Source of the DNA: an uncultured Gammaproteobacteria bacterium
Lineage (GTDB): Bacteria; Pseudomonadota; Gammaproteobacteria; JACCXJ01
Direction of reading: 5' to 3'
Assembly: GCA_963764725.1 (NCBI GenBank)
Contig: CAVXTM010000011.1
Location: 224,001-288,000 of the forward strand
Length of the DNA: 64,000 bases
Shown: in pieces, positions 1-10,249 of the stretch
Layout: each line of letters begins with the position of its first letter
How positions within the stretch are numbered: the stretch's first letter is position 1
Position numbers and translations under genes: made by a program
Notes under the pieces: model-generated
The model's database searches: none
What the model was told of the DNA's origin: nothing
The model's input: only the letters and a program-made list of their open reading frames with translations

Positions 1-544
1 TGTCCCAACCCGGCGCCTGGATCAGGCCACCGATGGCGTCGAAGCACTGTCGGCGGTAAATCTTCGTCGGGCCCCGCACATGGAACGCTGGCTCGCCCTC
101 GAATTCCGTTACCGGTCTACCGTTGACCACCCTGCAGCAAGTTCCGCCAGCAATCCCCAAGTTTACGTCGGCCTGAAACTCCCGCAGGCAGCTCTCGAAG
201 TAGTCTGCTCCAAAGGACAAATCGCCGTCGAATTTCGCGATGAAATCCCAATGATCATCAGCCACAAGATCGTAACCGTCGTAGAAGGCTTCAATTACCC
301 CACTCCCAGCTTGGCGGGATCCGCGGTCTTTCCTGTGAACGGCGACGATCCACGGGTGTTGACTTGCCGCTTCGTCGATTAGCGCACCAGTGCGGTCGCT
401 CGATCCGTCGTCAACCAGCACCCATTTCCATGGTTTTACGGTTTGCGCACACATGCAAGCAATGGTCAGGGGGAGATATTCCTCCTCGTTCCGGATTGGT
501 GAGACTACTACATACTTGGGACTTGAGGGTTTGGCTATCGACAT
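1..544 (-). CDS. Glycosyltransferase family 2 (GT-A), runs off the window edge
   Basis: Not in ORF track. Manual translation from ATG 544: MSIAKPSSPKYVVVSPIRNEEEYL...VLVDDGSSDRT...FIAKFDGD, with GT2 motifs and DxD. Confidence 0.85.
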   Translation of the reverse strand, partial: MSIAKPSSPKYVVVSPIRNEEEYLPLTIACMCAQTVKPWKWVLVDDGSSDRTGALIDEAASQHPWIVAVHRKDRGSRQAGSGVIEAFYDGYDLVADDHWDFIAKFDGDLSFGADYFESCLREFQADVNLGIAGGTCCRVVNGRPVTEFEGEPAFHVRGPTKIYRRQCFDAIGGLIQAPGWD

Positions 545-630
545 AGGTTTGGCTCCAGACGTTGGGCAGCGATCCATCGTTATGGCTTACAGCCGCGTTT
601 CCGCAAGCGCGGCATTCGGGACTCTATGGG

Positions 631-1473
631 TCAATGCGGTTTGGCGGCAAAATAGATCGGCTCGCGGTCCAAGCCGTAGCGCGAAATATCGATCTCCGGG
701 AAAAGCTCCTTAACGCTAACCGTCAACACTTGGAAGCCGTTGTTGGCCAAGCAGCGGGTAAAGCCCGTCTCGGAGTAGCGTCGCACGTGGCCGGTTTCCC
801 GCGGGTTGGGTCGGCCATATTCAAGGGTGTCCGCCAACGAGTGGTCGATCGGTACCTGAAACACCGCCTGACCACCCGGCCGCAACACGCGAAAGACCTC
901 ACGAACGGCCGCGACATCGGCCGGGACATGTTCCAAGACGTGGAAGCAAAGGAAATAGTCGCAGGAGTTGCTTTCGAAGCGCGTGGCGGCTAGGTCGCCC
1001 TTTTCCATCGCGAAGTTCTTCAGGTCGAAACTCAAGTAGTTCTTCTGTTGCTTGCGCCACAAGCAGTAGGCTTGAAAAGTGCGCACCGGAGCGACCTCGA
1101 TCACGGCCTTGTTGGGAGAGAAGAAATCGGTGCGAGTATCGAGCACGGCGGCGAGAGACCGGTAGCGATGGGTGCAGCTGCAACGGGGGCAATTTGAATC
1201 GAGATCGAAATACCCGGAACCAACATTTGGATAGAAACGGGACCCTTGCCATCCGCAGATGTTGCACTGCGCACGTTGGCGGCGGGTGAAGACATCGGCG
1301 GGCAGGAGCACCCCAATGCAAACAAGCCCACGAAGGGCGTCGCACATACCTTGCGGATGACCGTGGATAGCGCTCCATAGAAAGTAGCGCGACCAACGAT
1401 AGGCGAGGCGTAGATGACCCATGCGAAACGGGACCGTCGGAAGGGGGGGGTGAGGATGATAGGGTGTTTGCAC
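631..1473 (-). CDS. Class I SAM-dependent methyltransferase with N-terminal CxxC pairs
   Basis: CNIC...CPRC; FLCFHVLEHVPAD...FRVLRPGG methyltransferase motifs. Confidence 0.8.
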   Translation of the reverse strand: MQTPYHPHPPLPTVPFRMGHLRLAYRWSRYFLWSAIHGHPQGMCDALRGLVCIGVLLPADVFTRRQRAQCNICGWQGSRFYPNVGSGYFDLDSNCPRCSCTHRYRSLAAVLDTRTDFFSPNKAVIEVAPVRTFQAYCLWRKQQKNYLSFDLKNFAMEKGDLAATRFESNSCDYFLCFHVLEHVPADVAAVREVFRVLRPGGQAVFQVPIDHSLADTLEYGRPNPRETGHVRRYSETGFTRCLANNGFQVLTVSVKELFPEIDISRYGLDREPIYFAAKPH

Positions 1474-1653
1474 GATGGAAAATCAAACCCGGATGCTATG
1501 AGATACGGACGGGAGGCGCTGACAATATTTGGGCGCCGGGCTTTCTACTCCGGACATCAGCCAGATGGATCATTTGACGAAGGACACCCAAACCAATAGG
1601 CTTCTGCCGAGCAAAATTCATTTTTTCCGCAGGATTCCTCACATTGCTACCGT

Positions 1654-2703
1654 TCAGAGACGGACAACCTCTTCAGGTTGATCATGTTTTCTTACCCAAA
1701 TCTCCAGCCCGATCCCCCAGCGAAGTACGCTGACCCATTTGACGACGGCTGCGCCCCATTCGCTTGTTCTGCGCCTGATCAACGCAATGGGGAAAAAGAC
1801 CACTAGGACTCCCAAACGAACGACTGCAGCACCCGTGAGCCCGAGGCGATAGCCCAGGCTGTAAAGATTACCGTGGGTTTTCCTTAACAGCCGAGTTACG
1901 GACTCGCGCACCATGACATTAGAGAAGCAGCTATAGCTGTGCTGCGTGCTTCCGCCGCCGTGGTGAACAATCTCCACTTCGGGAACGTGGTAGTTCGTAT
2001 ACCCCGCCGCGCGGGTTTTGTAACACAGGTCCACGTCTTCAGCGTACATGAAATAATCAGGACTAAATCCCCCAACGACGTCGAACACCTCCCGCTTAAT
2101 CATCATGCAGGCTCCTGAGAGGACCTCTACCGGCGCTGGTGAAATTGCGTCCTTGAAGGTCGCAGCTGACATCCATAAGCTGAACTTCGGGAAACAGCGT
2201 AGCAAGATCTCGGCATTGAGAACCTGGTTTAAAATTGTGGGGAAGGGCTGTACACAGCTCGTCTGCAGTGATCCATCACTGTTGAGTAAACGACAGCCGA
2301 CGATACCTGCATGCGACAGTTCACGAAGGCGAGCGTAAAGGTGTTTGATGGCATGACCCCGAACCTCGGTGTCGGGGTTCAGAAGCAACAGGACGGTTCC
2401 GTGAGCGTACTTCGCGCCAAGGTTGTTGGCGCGCGCGAATCCTACGTTGCGCTCACTCTGGACGAAGCGAACCTGGGGATACAGGAGTTGCAGCATTTCC
2501 CCACAGCCGTCGAAGGAAGCAGAATCTACCACGATGATTTCGTATTCGATGCCGAAAGTGTTATATAAAATTGAAGCGACGCAATTTCGGACATAGTCCT
2601 TCGAGTTCCAGTTAACGATAATGATAGAAAGGTCGACCGGCGTTTGAGTCATTTCTTGCCTCTGAGGCAGCGAGAGCGAATTGTTATCAGGATCCGATGG
2701 CAT
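1654..2703 (-). CDS. Glycosyltransferase family 2 (WbbL-like, possible rhamnosyltransferase)
   Basis: LSIIIVNWNS, VVDSASFDG, NVGFARANN, LLLNPDT, SGACMM, YFMYAEDVD. Start may be the ATG of MTQTP. Confidence 0.9.
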   Translation of the reverse strand: MPSDPDNNSLSLPQRQEMTQTPVDLSIIIVNWNSKDYVRNCVASILYNTFGIEYEIIVVDSASFDGCGEMLQLLYPQVRFVQSERNVGFARANNLGAKYAHGTVLLLLNPDTEVRGHAIKHLYARLRELSHAGIVGCRLLNSDGSLQTSCVQPFPTILNQVLNAEILLRCFPKFSLWMSAATFKDAISPAPVEVLSGACMMIKREVFDVVGGFSPDYFMYAEDVDLCYKTRAAGYTNYHVPEVEIVHHGGGSTQHSYSCFSNVMVRESVTRLLRKTHGNLYSLGYRLGLTGAAVVRLGVLVVFFPIALIRRRTSEWGAAVVKWVSVLRWGIGLEIWVRKHDQPEEVVRL

Positions 2704-2709
2704 ACGCCT

Positions 2710-2786
2710 ACTATGAAGACTCCATGCGACGCAACTGTTTCATTGCGTTCCCCTCATCCTAACCTTCTCCCGAAAGGAGAAGGGAC
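2710..2786. repeat. REP/MITE-like palindromic element, related to the copy at 51139-51223
   Basis: CCCCTCATCCTAACCTTCTCCCGAAAGGAGAAGGGA with hairpin CCTTCTCC/GGAGAAGG, preceded by ACTATGAA as in the other copy. Confidence 0.65.
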
Positions 2787-2833
2787 TGTAAGCGGCAGGA
2801 GACGTACCGCTGTTCGCAAGCTAGCCTTTCAGG

Positions 2834-2845
2834 CACGCTACCGCC
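2834..2845 (-). promoter_or_regulatory. ops element (RfaH loading site) #2
   Basis: Minus strand GGCGGTAGCGTG, an exact match to the ops consensus. Intergenic, 100 nt downstream of rfaH paralog 2. Confidence 0.9.
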
Positions 2846-2944
2846 ATGCGAAGCACTTACGCGTTTCGCGAAAACGGTACTCGATTTGTAGCTTAACCCT
2901 CACTACATCTGCAGCGTGTCGCGGGTAACTGCCCCGCTGACGTC

Positions 2945-3445
2945 CTACGCCCTGTGTAGCAGATCGCGGTCGACGCTGATGTAGTTTTTCCTGCCGAGCA
3001 AATTAAGTAAAATAACCACGCGTTCAGGGCCGGTTTCGGCTTCGAAGATAGCGTCCACGCCAGACATGGGCCCAGCATCAATCACGACCTCTTCTCCAGG
3101 CGCAATTGCAGGCGCCTTGTCAATATGTCGGCCGTCAGCGCGGTCGGCGCTATGCCTCAGCGACTCGACGATGTGATCATCCACCAGGGCCAACTCGTCC
3201 GCGAAGCGCACGAGCTTGGAAACGCCGGTTGTGTACCGGATCGGACCCGTATTATCACAGCCAAGAATCAAGCTCAAAAACAAGTAACGCGGAAACAGCG
3301 GTTCAATGCACTGCCTCCGCCGTCCCCGCTGCCGCCGGGGCTCGGCAATAAGAGGCAGATACACGTCGTAGCTTTGGCGTTCCAGGTTCTCTTCCGCGAC
3401 TCTTTCTTGTCGCGGTTTCGTACAAACAGCGTACCACTGCTTCAT
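2945..3445 (-). CDS. rfaH: Transcription antiterminator RfaH (NusG paralog), copy 2
   Basis: MKQWYAVCTKPRQERVAEENLERQSYDVYLP...EPLFPRYLF...KOW domain. Its ATG overlaps the upstream stop (ATGA). Confidence 0.9.
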   Translation of the reverse strand: MKQWYAVCTKPRQERVAEENLERQSYDVYLPLIAEPRRQRGRRRQCIEPLFPRYLFLSLILGCDNTGPIRYTTGVSKLVRFADELALVDDHIVESLRHSADRADGRHIDKAPAIAPGEEVVIDAGPMSGVDAIFEAETGPERVVILLNLLGRKNYISVDRDLLHRA

Positions 3446-4437
3446 GCGCACGACCGCATACCCTTTTGTGACAGTCTCGTCTGCCCTGCACGCTCGTTTG
3501 ACCACCAGGTCACCAGCCTGCGCAGACCTTCTTCCAACGAGACCTGCGTTCTAAAGCCGAGCAAGTGCTCCGCCTTGCTAACACCAGCCAGCCTCCTCGA
3601 GACAGTGTTAACTTTTCGAGCAGGACCGTATTCTGGGGCGAGGGTCACGCCCATCACGCAGCCAAGGGTTTCGGCTAGCTCGTTCAGACTCGTTTCGGTT
3701 CCGCTGGCAACATTGATGACATCGTCGGTGATGGACGACTTGGCCGCCTCTAAGTTCGCCCTCGCCACGTCGTCCACAAACACAAAGTCCATGGTCTGCG
3801 TACCGTCGCCGAGAATCAAACAGGGTTGGCCTTTCGCCAAACGCTCCATCCATCGAATCATTACCTCGGTGTATACCCCAAACGCATCCATCCGAGGGCC
3901 ATACACGTTGAAGTAGCGTAGCGCCACATAATTCAACCCATACATCTCGTAAAAGCTGCGCAGAAGGCCCTCGCTATACAACTTGATAGCCCCATAGATC
4001 GTCCTATTATCGTAACCATGATGTGTTTCAAATGTCGGGAATTCCTCGGCCTGTCCATAGATGGAAGCCGAGGAGGCAGCAACAACACGCTTGACCTTGG
4101 CTGCGACCGCAGCCTCGAGAATATTTAATGTACCCGTGGCCAGGACATCATGCGCCAGCCGCGGGTCTTCCGCGCACTGGGTGATACGGATCGCGGCTTC
4201 GTGGAAAACAATGTCAATGCCTTCCATGACCTTCCGCACCAGACTCGTGTCGCGAATATCTCCCTCCACAATGGTCACCCTGCCGCTGGCCATAGCCGGT
4301 GCGATATTCTGCCGCCTGCCGCGAGTGAAGTTATCCAGGACGACAATTTCCTGAACACCGTCGGCGACCAGTTGGTCGGCAATATGAGACCCAATCAGTC
4401 CTGCACCACCCGTTATCAATGCTCGTCTATGGTCCAC
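3442..4437 (-). CDS. NAD-dependent epimerase/dehydratase (extended SDR)
   Basis: ITGGAGLIGSH, YGAIK (YxxxK), LRYFNVYGP. Confidence 0.92.
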   Translation of the reverse strand: MDHRRALITGGAGLIGSHIADQLVADGVQEIVVLDNFTRGRRQNIAPAMASGRVTIVEGDIRDTSLVRKVMEGIDIVFHEAAIRITQCAEDPRLAHDVLATGTLNILEAAVAAKVKRVVAASSASIYGQAEEFPTFETHHGYDNRTIYGAIKLYSEGLLRSFYEMYGLNYVALRYFNVYGPRMDAFGVYTEVMIRWMERLAKGQPCLILGDGTQTMDFVFVDDVARANLEAAKSSITDDVINVASGTETSLNELAETLGCVMGVTLAPEYGPARKVNTVSRRLAGVSKAEHLLGFRTQVSLEEGLRRLVTWWSNERAGQTRLSQKGMRSCA

Positions 4438-4606
4438 GCTACCTCTCCTTTCTAGGGCTTATTTCTGTCGTTCTCCCGCACATTACGCCATCCGTGGCAC
4501 TAAACCGGGCTGGCACATCAGCGATGTTCTGGCTTTTGCCCTGGTCACCTGGCGTGCGGTTCTAAAGGATGGCCTCAAGATCGGCGTTCTAATCATGCGT
4601 CCAGTC

Positions 4607-6199
4607 TTAAGGGACCGAAGATGAGAAACCGAATGGCGCGAGCAGCCGCTGTATAGGGCGCGGAATGCGGTCCGGGGAGATGAGAGTGAGCAGAACTCGA
4701 ATCGAATAAACACTACTCAGAATCACCGCCAATGTTCCGACGCCGGTCGCCAACAACGAGGGTAGCGCATAGAAGCCGCAGAACACCACCGTGATCAAGG
4801 TGAGGCAAAGCAGGCCCGTTTTTCTGTTCGCGGCCGACCAGCGAAACCCGCTGAGTCGCCGAACGATCGGGTAGATCAGAAGTCCGTGGAAAACATAAGA
4901 TCCAAAGAAAGCAATGCCGGCGCCGTTCAAACCGAACGATGTCACACATATCCACGCGAGACCGACGTTGACGACCGTCCAAGCCAGTTCGGTCCAGAAA
5001 AAGAGTTTTTGCGCGCCTTTTGCCAGGATAATGAAGCCCATCGGCCAGGTAATCACGCGGAGCGTCATTCCAAGGCATATCCAACGCAGGATTCCCACCG
5101 CCGGATCGAATTCGGCGGTATAGAACAAAGCGATTACCACGGGTGCAAATGTGAGGGTGGCTATCACACCCGGACCCGCCAACAGCAGGCTGACTCTGCG
5201 CCTGTTCGTTCACCAATCGGTTGCACTCGGTATTGTCCTTGGCGACGGCGGTCAAGCGGGGATAAAAGTCCGCTCCCATTGCCTGCAGAATGAACCCAAC
5301 ATACAGCCCGCCCAGAGTCCACGCCGATTGATAGAATCCGGCTGCTTCGAAACCGACCATGCGGAGCACAATGATGCGGACCGCGTAGGCGGCCCCCATC
5401 GTCAGAAGCCCACTTGCCATGAATGCGAAGCCGAGCTTCAACAGTGCGGCTGCTTCCTGCCCTGACTTGGGACGCCGTCATTGAAGGCGTCTGGATCTGT
5501 ACCTTCCGGCTGTACCACCATGAGGTGATGATCGTCATCGCGGCAACCGCTACGAGCGATGGCACCACCCCCTCTTCGCGCAAGGAAATACACCAGGGGG
5601 ATGCTGATGATCGTGCCGAAGAGTGTACCCAGTACCCCCATCTTGGCGAGATCAGAGATGCGCCGCATTCCTTGGATCAACGCCCCTTGACCGGCGGATA
5701 CACAACGGAAAAACACAGCGACTGACAGCAGGGCTACGGCCGCGGCGTGTTGATCGCTGCCAAACGTCACGCTGGACACCTGTCTGGAAAACACGACCAG
5801 TAAAACAGCGCCCAATATTCCGAGGACGATCGATGTTCGTCGCAGCACCATGGCGGTTCGCGCGATCCTCTCTGTGTCGCCCGAACCGACTGCTTCGGCA
5901 ATCTGGCGCACGCCACTGCTGTTGATGCCCATTCCGGCAATGCTCTGAGCAAGGTCGACGATCGATCCGTACAGGCCCATCAATCCGACCCCGGCCGGAC
6001 CCAGCAACACCGCCATAGCCTTGGTACGAACGATTCCAATTGCGACGTTCAGCACCGACGAGCCGCCGATCAATGCCGAGGACTTCAGAATCTGGCCGTA
6101 GGTATGCCTCTCAGCCGTGGCCACCTCTGCCGCCTGAGGCATATCTCGTAGCGAGGGAGCCGAAACCGGATTGGCCACGCTAGGCGGCGTCACTCCCAC
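4607..6199 (-). pseudogene. wzx: Wzx O-antigen/polysaccharide flippase broken by three +1 frameshifts
   Basis: One continuous flippase sequence split over ORFs 5438-6199, 5164-5583, 4713-5441 and 4607-5182. Single extra bases near 5584, 5464 and 5196. Confidence 0.85.
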
Positions 6200-7442
6200 G
6201 CTTCAGTCGCCTTCCACACGTACGCCGTGGCTCCACAGCGAAATCATCAATTGCCTGCTCATGCTTGGAAAAATTCCTACCGCACGCATCGATTCTGTTA
6301 GGTCCTAGGACCGTTTGGTAATCACCACGCTTCCCGTTTGTATACTGAGCTTCGATCCAGCCATGATAACTGCCATCCATCACGCCTCGCCACCACGCCT
6401 CATTGCCGAGGTACCAGTCGACGGTCTTCTTGAGCCCAGTCTCAAAGGCCTCTTGTGGCTGGAAGCCGAGTTGCTTTTGGATCCTTTCCGCATTGATCGC
6501 ATAGCGGCGGTCATGGCCCGGACGGTCTTTGACAAACTTGATCAATGACTGCGCGCCAATGCCCTTTCCCGCCGGCGAGTCGGGGAAACGTTGGTGCAAG
6601 CTGCCGTCACGGACAAAGGCCTCGTCTAATAAACGGCATATCGCGCTTACCGAAGCAATATTCGTACCCTCGTTCTGCCCGCCTATGTTATAGGTTTCCC
6701 CACCTACACCCCGCTCCAGTATGCATTCGATTCCCCGGCAATGGTCTTCGACGTACAGCCAGTCGCGTACGTTCATACCATCGCCGTATACGCAGATTGG
6801 TTGGCCGTCAAGAACATTGATGATGGTCAGCGGGACGAGTTTCTCTGGGAAATGATAGGGCCCATAGTTATTCGAGCAGTTGCTAATGGTGACTTCAAGA
6901 CCATAAGTTCGGTGATAGGCACGGACCAGGTGATCCGAGGCGGCCTTGCTGGCCGAATAAGGGGAGCTCGGATCATAGGGAGTAGTCTCCTTGAACGCGG
7001 GCGCAGTTGCAGACAAAGAGCCATACACCTCATCTGTGGACACGTGATGAAAACGATGCCTTACCGGTCTGCTAACGCCGTCTAACCAAACTCCCTTGGC
7101 CGCTTTCAAGAGGGTGTGAGTCCCAACGATGTTGGTTTCGATAAATGTATCGGGGCCGAGGATGGAGCGATCGACATGCGACTCGGCGGCGAAATGCACG
7201 ATAGTATCGATACGCGCTTCGCGTAGCAGACGCTCGACCAGGGTCTGGTCACCTATGTCGCCGCGTACGAATTCGTAATTATGGTTCGAGGCGATGGGTT
7301 TCAGGCTCTCAAGATTGCCCGCGTAGGTCAGCGCATCGACAACGATAATGCGGTTTTCGGGGTAGCGCTTTATCCAGTAGTGGACGAAATTCGCGCCGAT
7401 AAAACCCGCGCCACCGGTGACTAACAGTTTGCGATTATTCAT
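6180..7442 (-). CDS. rmlB: dTDP-glucose 4,6-dehydratase
   Basis: VTGGAGFIGAN, HFAAESHVDRSI, HVSTDEVYG, YSASKA, DRPGHDRRY. Confidence 0.96.
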   Translation of the reverse strand: MNNRKLLVTGGAGFIGANFVHYWIKRYPENRIIVVDALTYAGNLESLKPIASNHNYEFVRGDIGDQTLVERLLREARIDTIVHFAAESHVDRSILGPDTFIETNIVGTHTLLKAAKGVWLDGVSRPVRHRFHHVSTDEVYGSLSATAPAFKETTPYDPSSPYSASKAASDHLVRAYHRTYGLEVTISNCSNNYGPYHFPEKLVPLTIINVLDGQPICVYGDGMNVRDWLYVEDHCRGIECILERGVGGETYNIGGQNEGTNIASVSAICRLLDEAFVRDGSLHQRFPDSPAGKGIGAQSLIKFVKDRPGHDRRYAINAERIQKQLGFQPQEAFETGLKKTVDWYLGNEAWWRGVMDGSYHGWIEAQYTNGKRGDYQTVLGPNRIDACGRNFSKHEQAIDDFAVEPRRTCGRRLKRGSDAA

Positions 7443-7529
7443 GGTTTAATCGAAGGTGAGAGTTCGGCAGAAGCTTGCTCTCACGTTGAGGGACAGGCTA
7501 AGACAGCCAGTGACCGAGCTTCCCTAATT

Positions 7530-8414
7530 TTAATCCTCAATCTCATTAAGATCCGCCAGCATCTTCCTCAATGAGGCGCGCCAGTGCGGCGGAATCGAGC
7601 CTAAGAGTCTCCGCGTTGAGGCATTATCCAACACACTATAGGCAGGACGGCGCGCGGCCGTGGGATAGTCGTCTGTGGCGATCGGTATGACTGGGATAGA
7701 ACGCGATAACAGGCCCAATTGCCGCCCCTCTTCCTGGATCGCTACGGCAAAATCGTACCAGCTGACCACACCCGCATCGGTCCAATGATGAAGGCCCGTG
7801 ATCTCTGGCTTAGTCGCTATAGCCCAGATACACTGGGCCAACCCTCTCGCCCAGGTCGGTGTTCCGATCTGGTCCGCAACGACCCTAATCTCGTCGCGCT
7901 CGCGCATCAAACGCAGCATCGTCTTGACGAAGTTGGTGCCATGACTCGAGTAAACCCATGCAGTGCGCAGGACCACTGCTTGCCCATTGCAGATTTCCAT
8001 CACCGCTCGCTCGCCACTGAGTTTACTCGCGCCGTACACCCCAAGGGGGTTTGGCGGATCATTCGGCTTGTACGGCGCGGAGCCATGACCATCGAACACG
8101 AAATCGGTAGAGATTTGTACGAGCCGAGCACGCGCTGCCCCGGCTGCAGTTGCCACATGAGCGGCACCGGTGGAGTTCACGGCATAGGCCCGCTCCGATT
8201 CTTGTTCGGCCTTATCCACCGCGGTATAAGCGGCGGCGTTGATAATGAGATTTGGGCTGATGGAACGTACCGAATGTCGCATGGCATCCGGGTCGCAAAC
8301 GTCAAGCTCCGCTCTCGTTAAGGCGGTAACCTGCCACTGCGGCGGAGCGGTCCTCACAAGCTCCCAGGTTAATTGTCCACCCCCGCCAGTGATGAGGACC
8401 TTCACGGGAAACAC
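7530..8414 (-). CDS. rmlD: dTDP-4-dehydrorhamnose reductase
   Basis: ITGGGGQL, NAAAYTAVDKAE, STDFVFDG, YGASK, DQIGTPT. Confidence 0.95.
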   Translation of the reverse strand: MFPVKVLITGGGGQLTWELVRTAPPQWQVTALTRAELDVCDPDAMRHSVRSISPNLIINAAAYTAVDKAEQESERAYAVNSTGAAHVATAAGAARARLVQISTDFVFDGHGSAPYKPNDPPNPLGVYGASKLSGERAVMEICNGQAVVLRTAWVYSSHGTNFVKTMLRLMRERDEIRVVADQIGTPTWARGLAQCIWAIATKPEITGLHHWTDAGVVSWYDFAVAIQEEGRQLGLLSRSIPVIPIATDDYPTAARRPAYSVLDNASTRRLLGSIPPHWRASLRKMLADLNEIED

Positions 8415-8950
8415 TCGGCGTCTCTAAACAATAGTCCCGCTGCATCCTTCGCCGAGAGGTGCGGCAACCCGATACCGATTAGCGGCCAAGCAACTCCCAA
8501 CTCAGAATCATTCCAGCGTAAGCACCGCTCGTGCTGCGGTGCGTAGAAGTCGGTACACTTATAGAATACCTCGGCGCTAGCACTCGTCACATAAAAGCCG
8601 TGCGCAAATCCGGCCGGTGCCCATAGCATTTTTTTATTGTCAGCCGAGAGCCATTCGCCCACCCATTGCCCGAACGTCGGGGAGCGCTTACGCAGATCAA
8701 CGACGACATCGTAGATTTCACCAGCGACAACGCGAACAAGCTTGCCCTGTGTCTGTTGGATCTGATAATGAAGCCCGCGCAGCGTGCCTTGTACCGACTT
8801 ACTGTGATTATCCTGGACGAAATTCACCTCGATTGCGTGCTCGGCGAATTTCCGTGCATGCCAGGTCTCCATGAAGAATCCCCGGTGATCGCCGAAGACC
8901 TCGGGCTCAATGATGACGACATCGGGTATGCGTGCAGGCCCGAATTTCAT
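8402..8950 (-). CDS. rmlC: dTDP-4-dehydrorhamnose 3,5-epimerase
   Basis: [30 protein letters not shown]. Confidence 0.96.
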   Translation of the reverse strand: MKFGPARIPDVVIIEPEVFGDHRGFFMETWHARKFAEHAIEVNFVQDNHSKSVQGTLRGLHYQIQQTQGKLVRVVAGEIYDVVVDLRKRSPTFGQWVGEWLSADNKKMLWAPAGFAHGFYVTSASAEVFYKCTDFYAPQHERCLRWNDSELGVAWPLIGIGLPHLSAKDAAGLLFRDAECFP

Positions 8951-9837
8951 GAAAGCGCGCTCTCGTCCAGCACTTGCAGGAGATACTGGCCGTAACCGCT
9001 GTTGCGTAGCGGCTCTGCGAGCCGCCTCAGCTGCCCAGCATCAATGTAATTGAGGCGGTAAGCAATCTCTTCTGGGCACGCGATCTTGAGTCCTTGACGC
9101 TGCTCGATCGTCTCGATGAACTGCGCCGCGGTAAGCAGGCTCTCATGCGTTCCGGTATCCAACCACGCTGTCCCGCGCCCGAGGATCTCGACCTGCAGCT
9201 TGCCGCGTTCCAAGTAACGCGCGTTCACATCGGTTATCTCAAGCTCCCCGCGCGCTGAGGGCTTAAGCTCACGCGCGACGTTGACGACCGCATTATCGTA
9301 AAAATAGAGCCCGGTGACGGCGTAATTCGAGCGTGGATTGGCTGGCTTCTCCTGCAGTCCCATCGCACAGCCACGGTCGTCGAACTCCACCACCCCGTAG
9401 GCCTTTGGGTTTTGCACTCGATAGGCGAAAATCGTGCCTCCGGCTGGGCGATCGTTGGCCTGGCGCAAGGTCTCGGTGAGATCATGGCCGTAGAAGATGT
9501 TGTCCCCCAAGATCAGCGCGCAGGGATCGCCGCCGATGAAATGCCGGCCGATGATGAAGGCCTGGGCCAGCCCATCGGGCGAGGGCTGTTCTGCATAGGA
9601 AAAGCTCATGCCCCACTGGTTGCCATCGCCGAGTAGATGGGCATAAGCCGGCAGGTCGCGCGGTGTCGAAATGATCAAAACGTGACGGATACCCGCGAGC
9701 ATGAGGGTCGATAACGGATAATATACCATCGGCTTGTCGTAGATTGGCATGAGCTGCTTGCTGACTGCATACGTCAGCGGATAGAGCCGGGTGCCCGATC
9801 CTCCAGCGAGCACGATTCCCTTTCGACGTCCGTTCAT
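8947..9837 (-). CDS. rmlA: Glucose-1-phosphate thymidylyltransferase
   Basis: [40 protein letters not shown]. Confidence 0.97.
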   Translation of the reverse strand: MNGRRKGIVLAGGSGTRLYPLTYAVSKQLMPIYDKPMVYYPLSTLMLAGIRHVLIISTPRDLPAYAHLLGDGNQWGMSFSYAEQPSPDGLAQAFIIGRHFIGGDPCALILGDNIFYGHDLTETLRQANDRPAGGTIFAYRVQNPKAYGVVEFDDRGCAMGLQEKPANPRSNYAVTGLYFYDNAVVNVARELKPSARGELEITDVNARYLERGKLQVEILGRGTAWLDTGTHESLLTAAQFIETIEQRQGLKIACPEEIAYRLNYIDAGQLRRLAEPLRNSGYGQYLLQVLDESALS

Positions 9838-9865
9838 CTAAGCCCGCTCGCATTCACAAGAGTTA

Positions 9866-10146
9866 CTAGGACCTATCTCAAATTTGCCTACGCAGGATTG
9901 CTATTGTTGCAAGCTGAACAAAGCCTAAGAGATTCTCGGCATAATATTCCCATCGAACGAGGAGACGCCTTTGCCACTGAATCCAGGCGAAGAACCGTTC
10001 AACGAGCTAGCGTCGCAAACGGCGGGGTTTTGCGATTTCGAGCGGTGCTGCGCAATCATCTCGATGCCGTCTTTTTGGAGTCTCTCGTCGAGTTTATCAC
10101 TGTCATAGGCACGGTCGCCTATCAGGTTCTCGGGCTTCGCTGCACT
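9866..10146 (-). mobile_element. IS5-family transposase 3' remnant with one terminal IR and CTAG
   Basis: Minus strand encodes KPENLIGDRAYDSDKLDERL and, in a shifted frame, VERFFAWIQWQRRLLVRWEYYAENLLGFVQLA. Ends TTTGAGATAGGTC-CTAG. Confidence 0.8.
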
Positions 10147-10249
10147 TAAAATGGTTGAATGTTTCGTTTCCCAATTCCTTTTGTTGAAAACTCGGAGATG
10201 CCCAGTGCAGCCTCAACGCCACGTTAAGAAACCGGTCTTGCGGCGGGCG

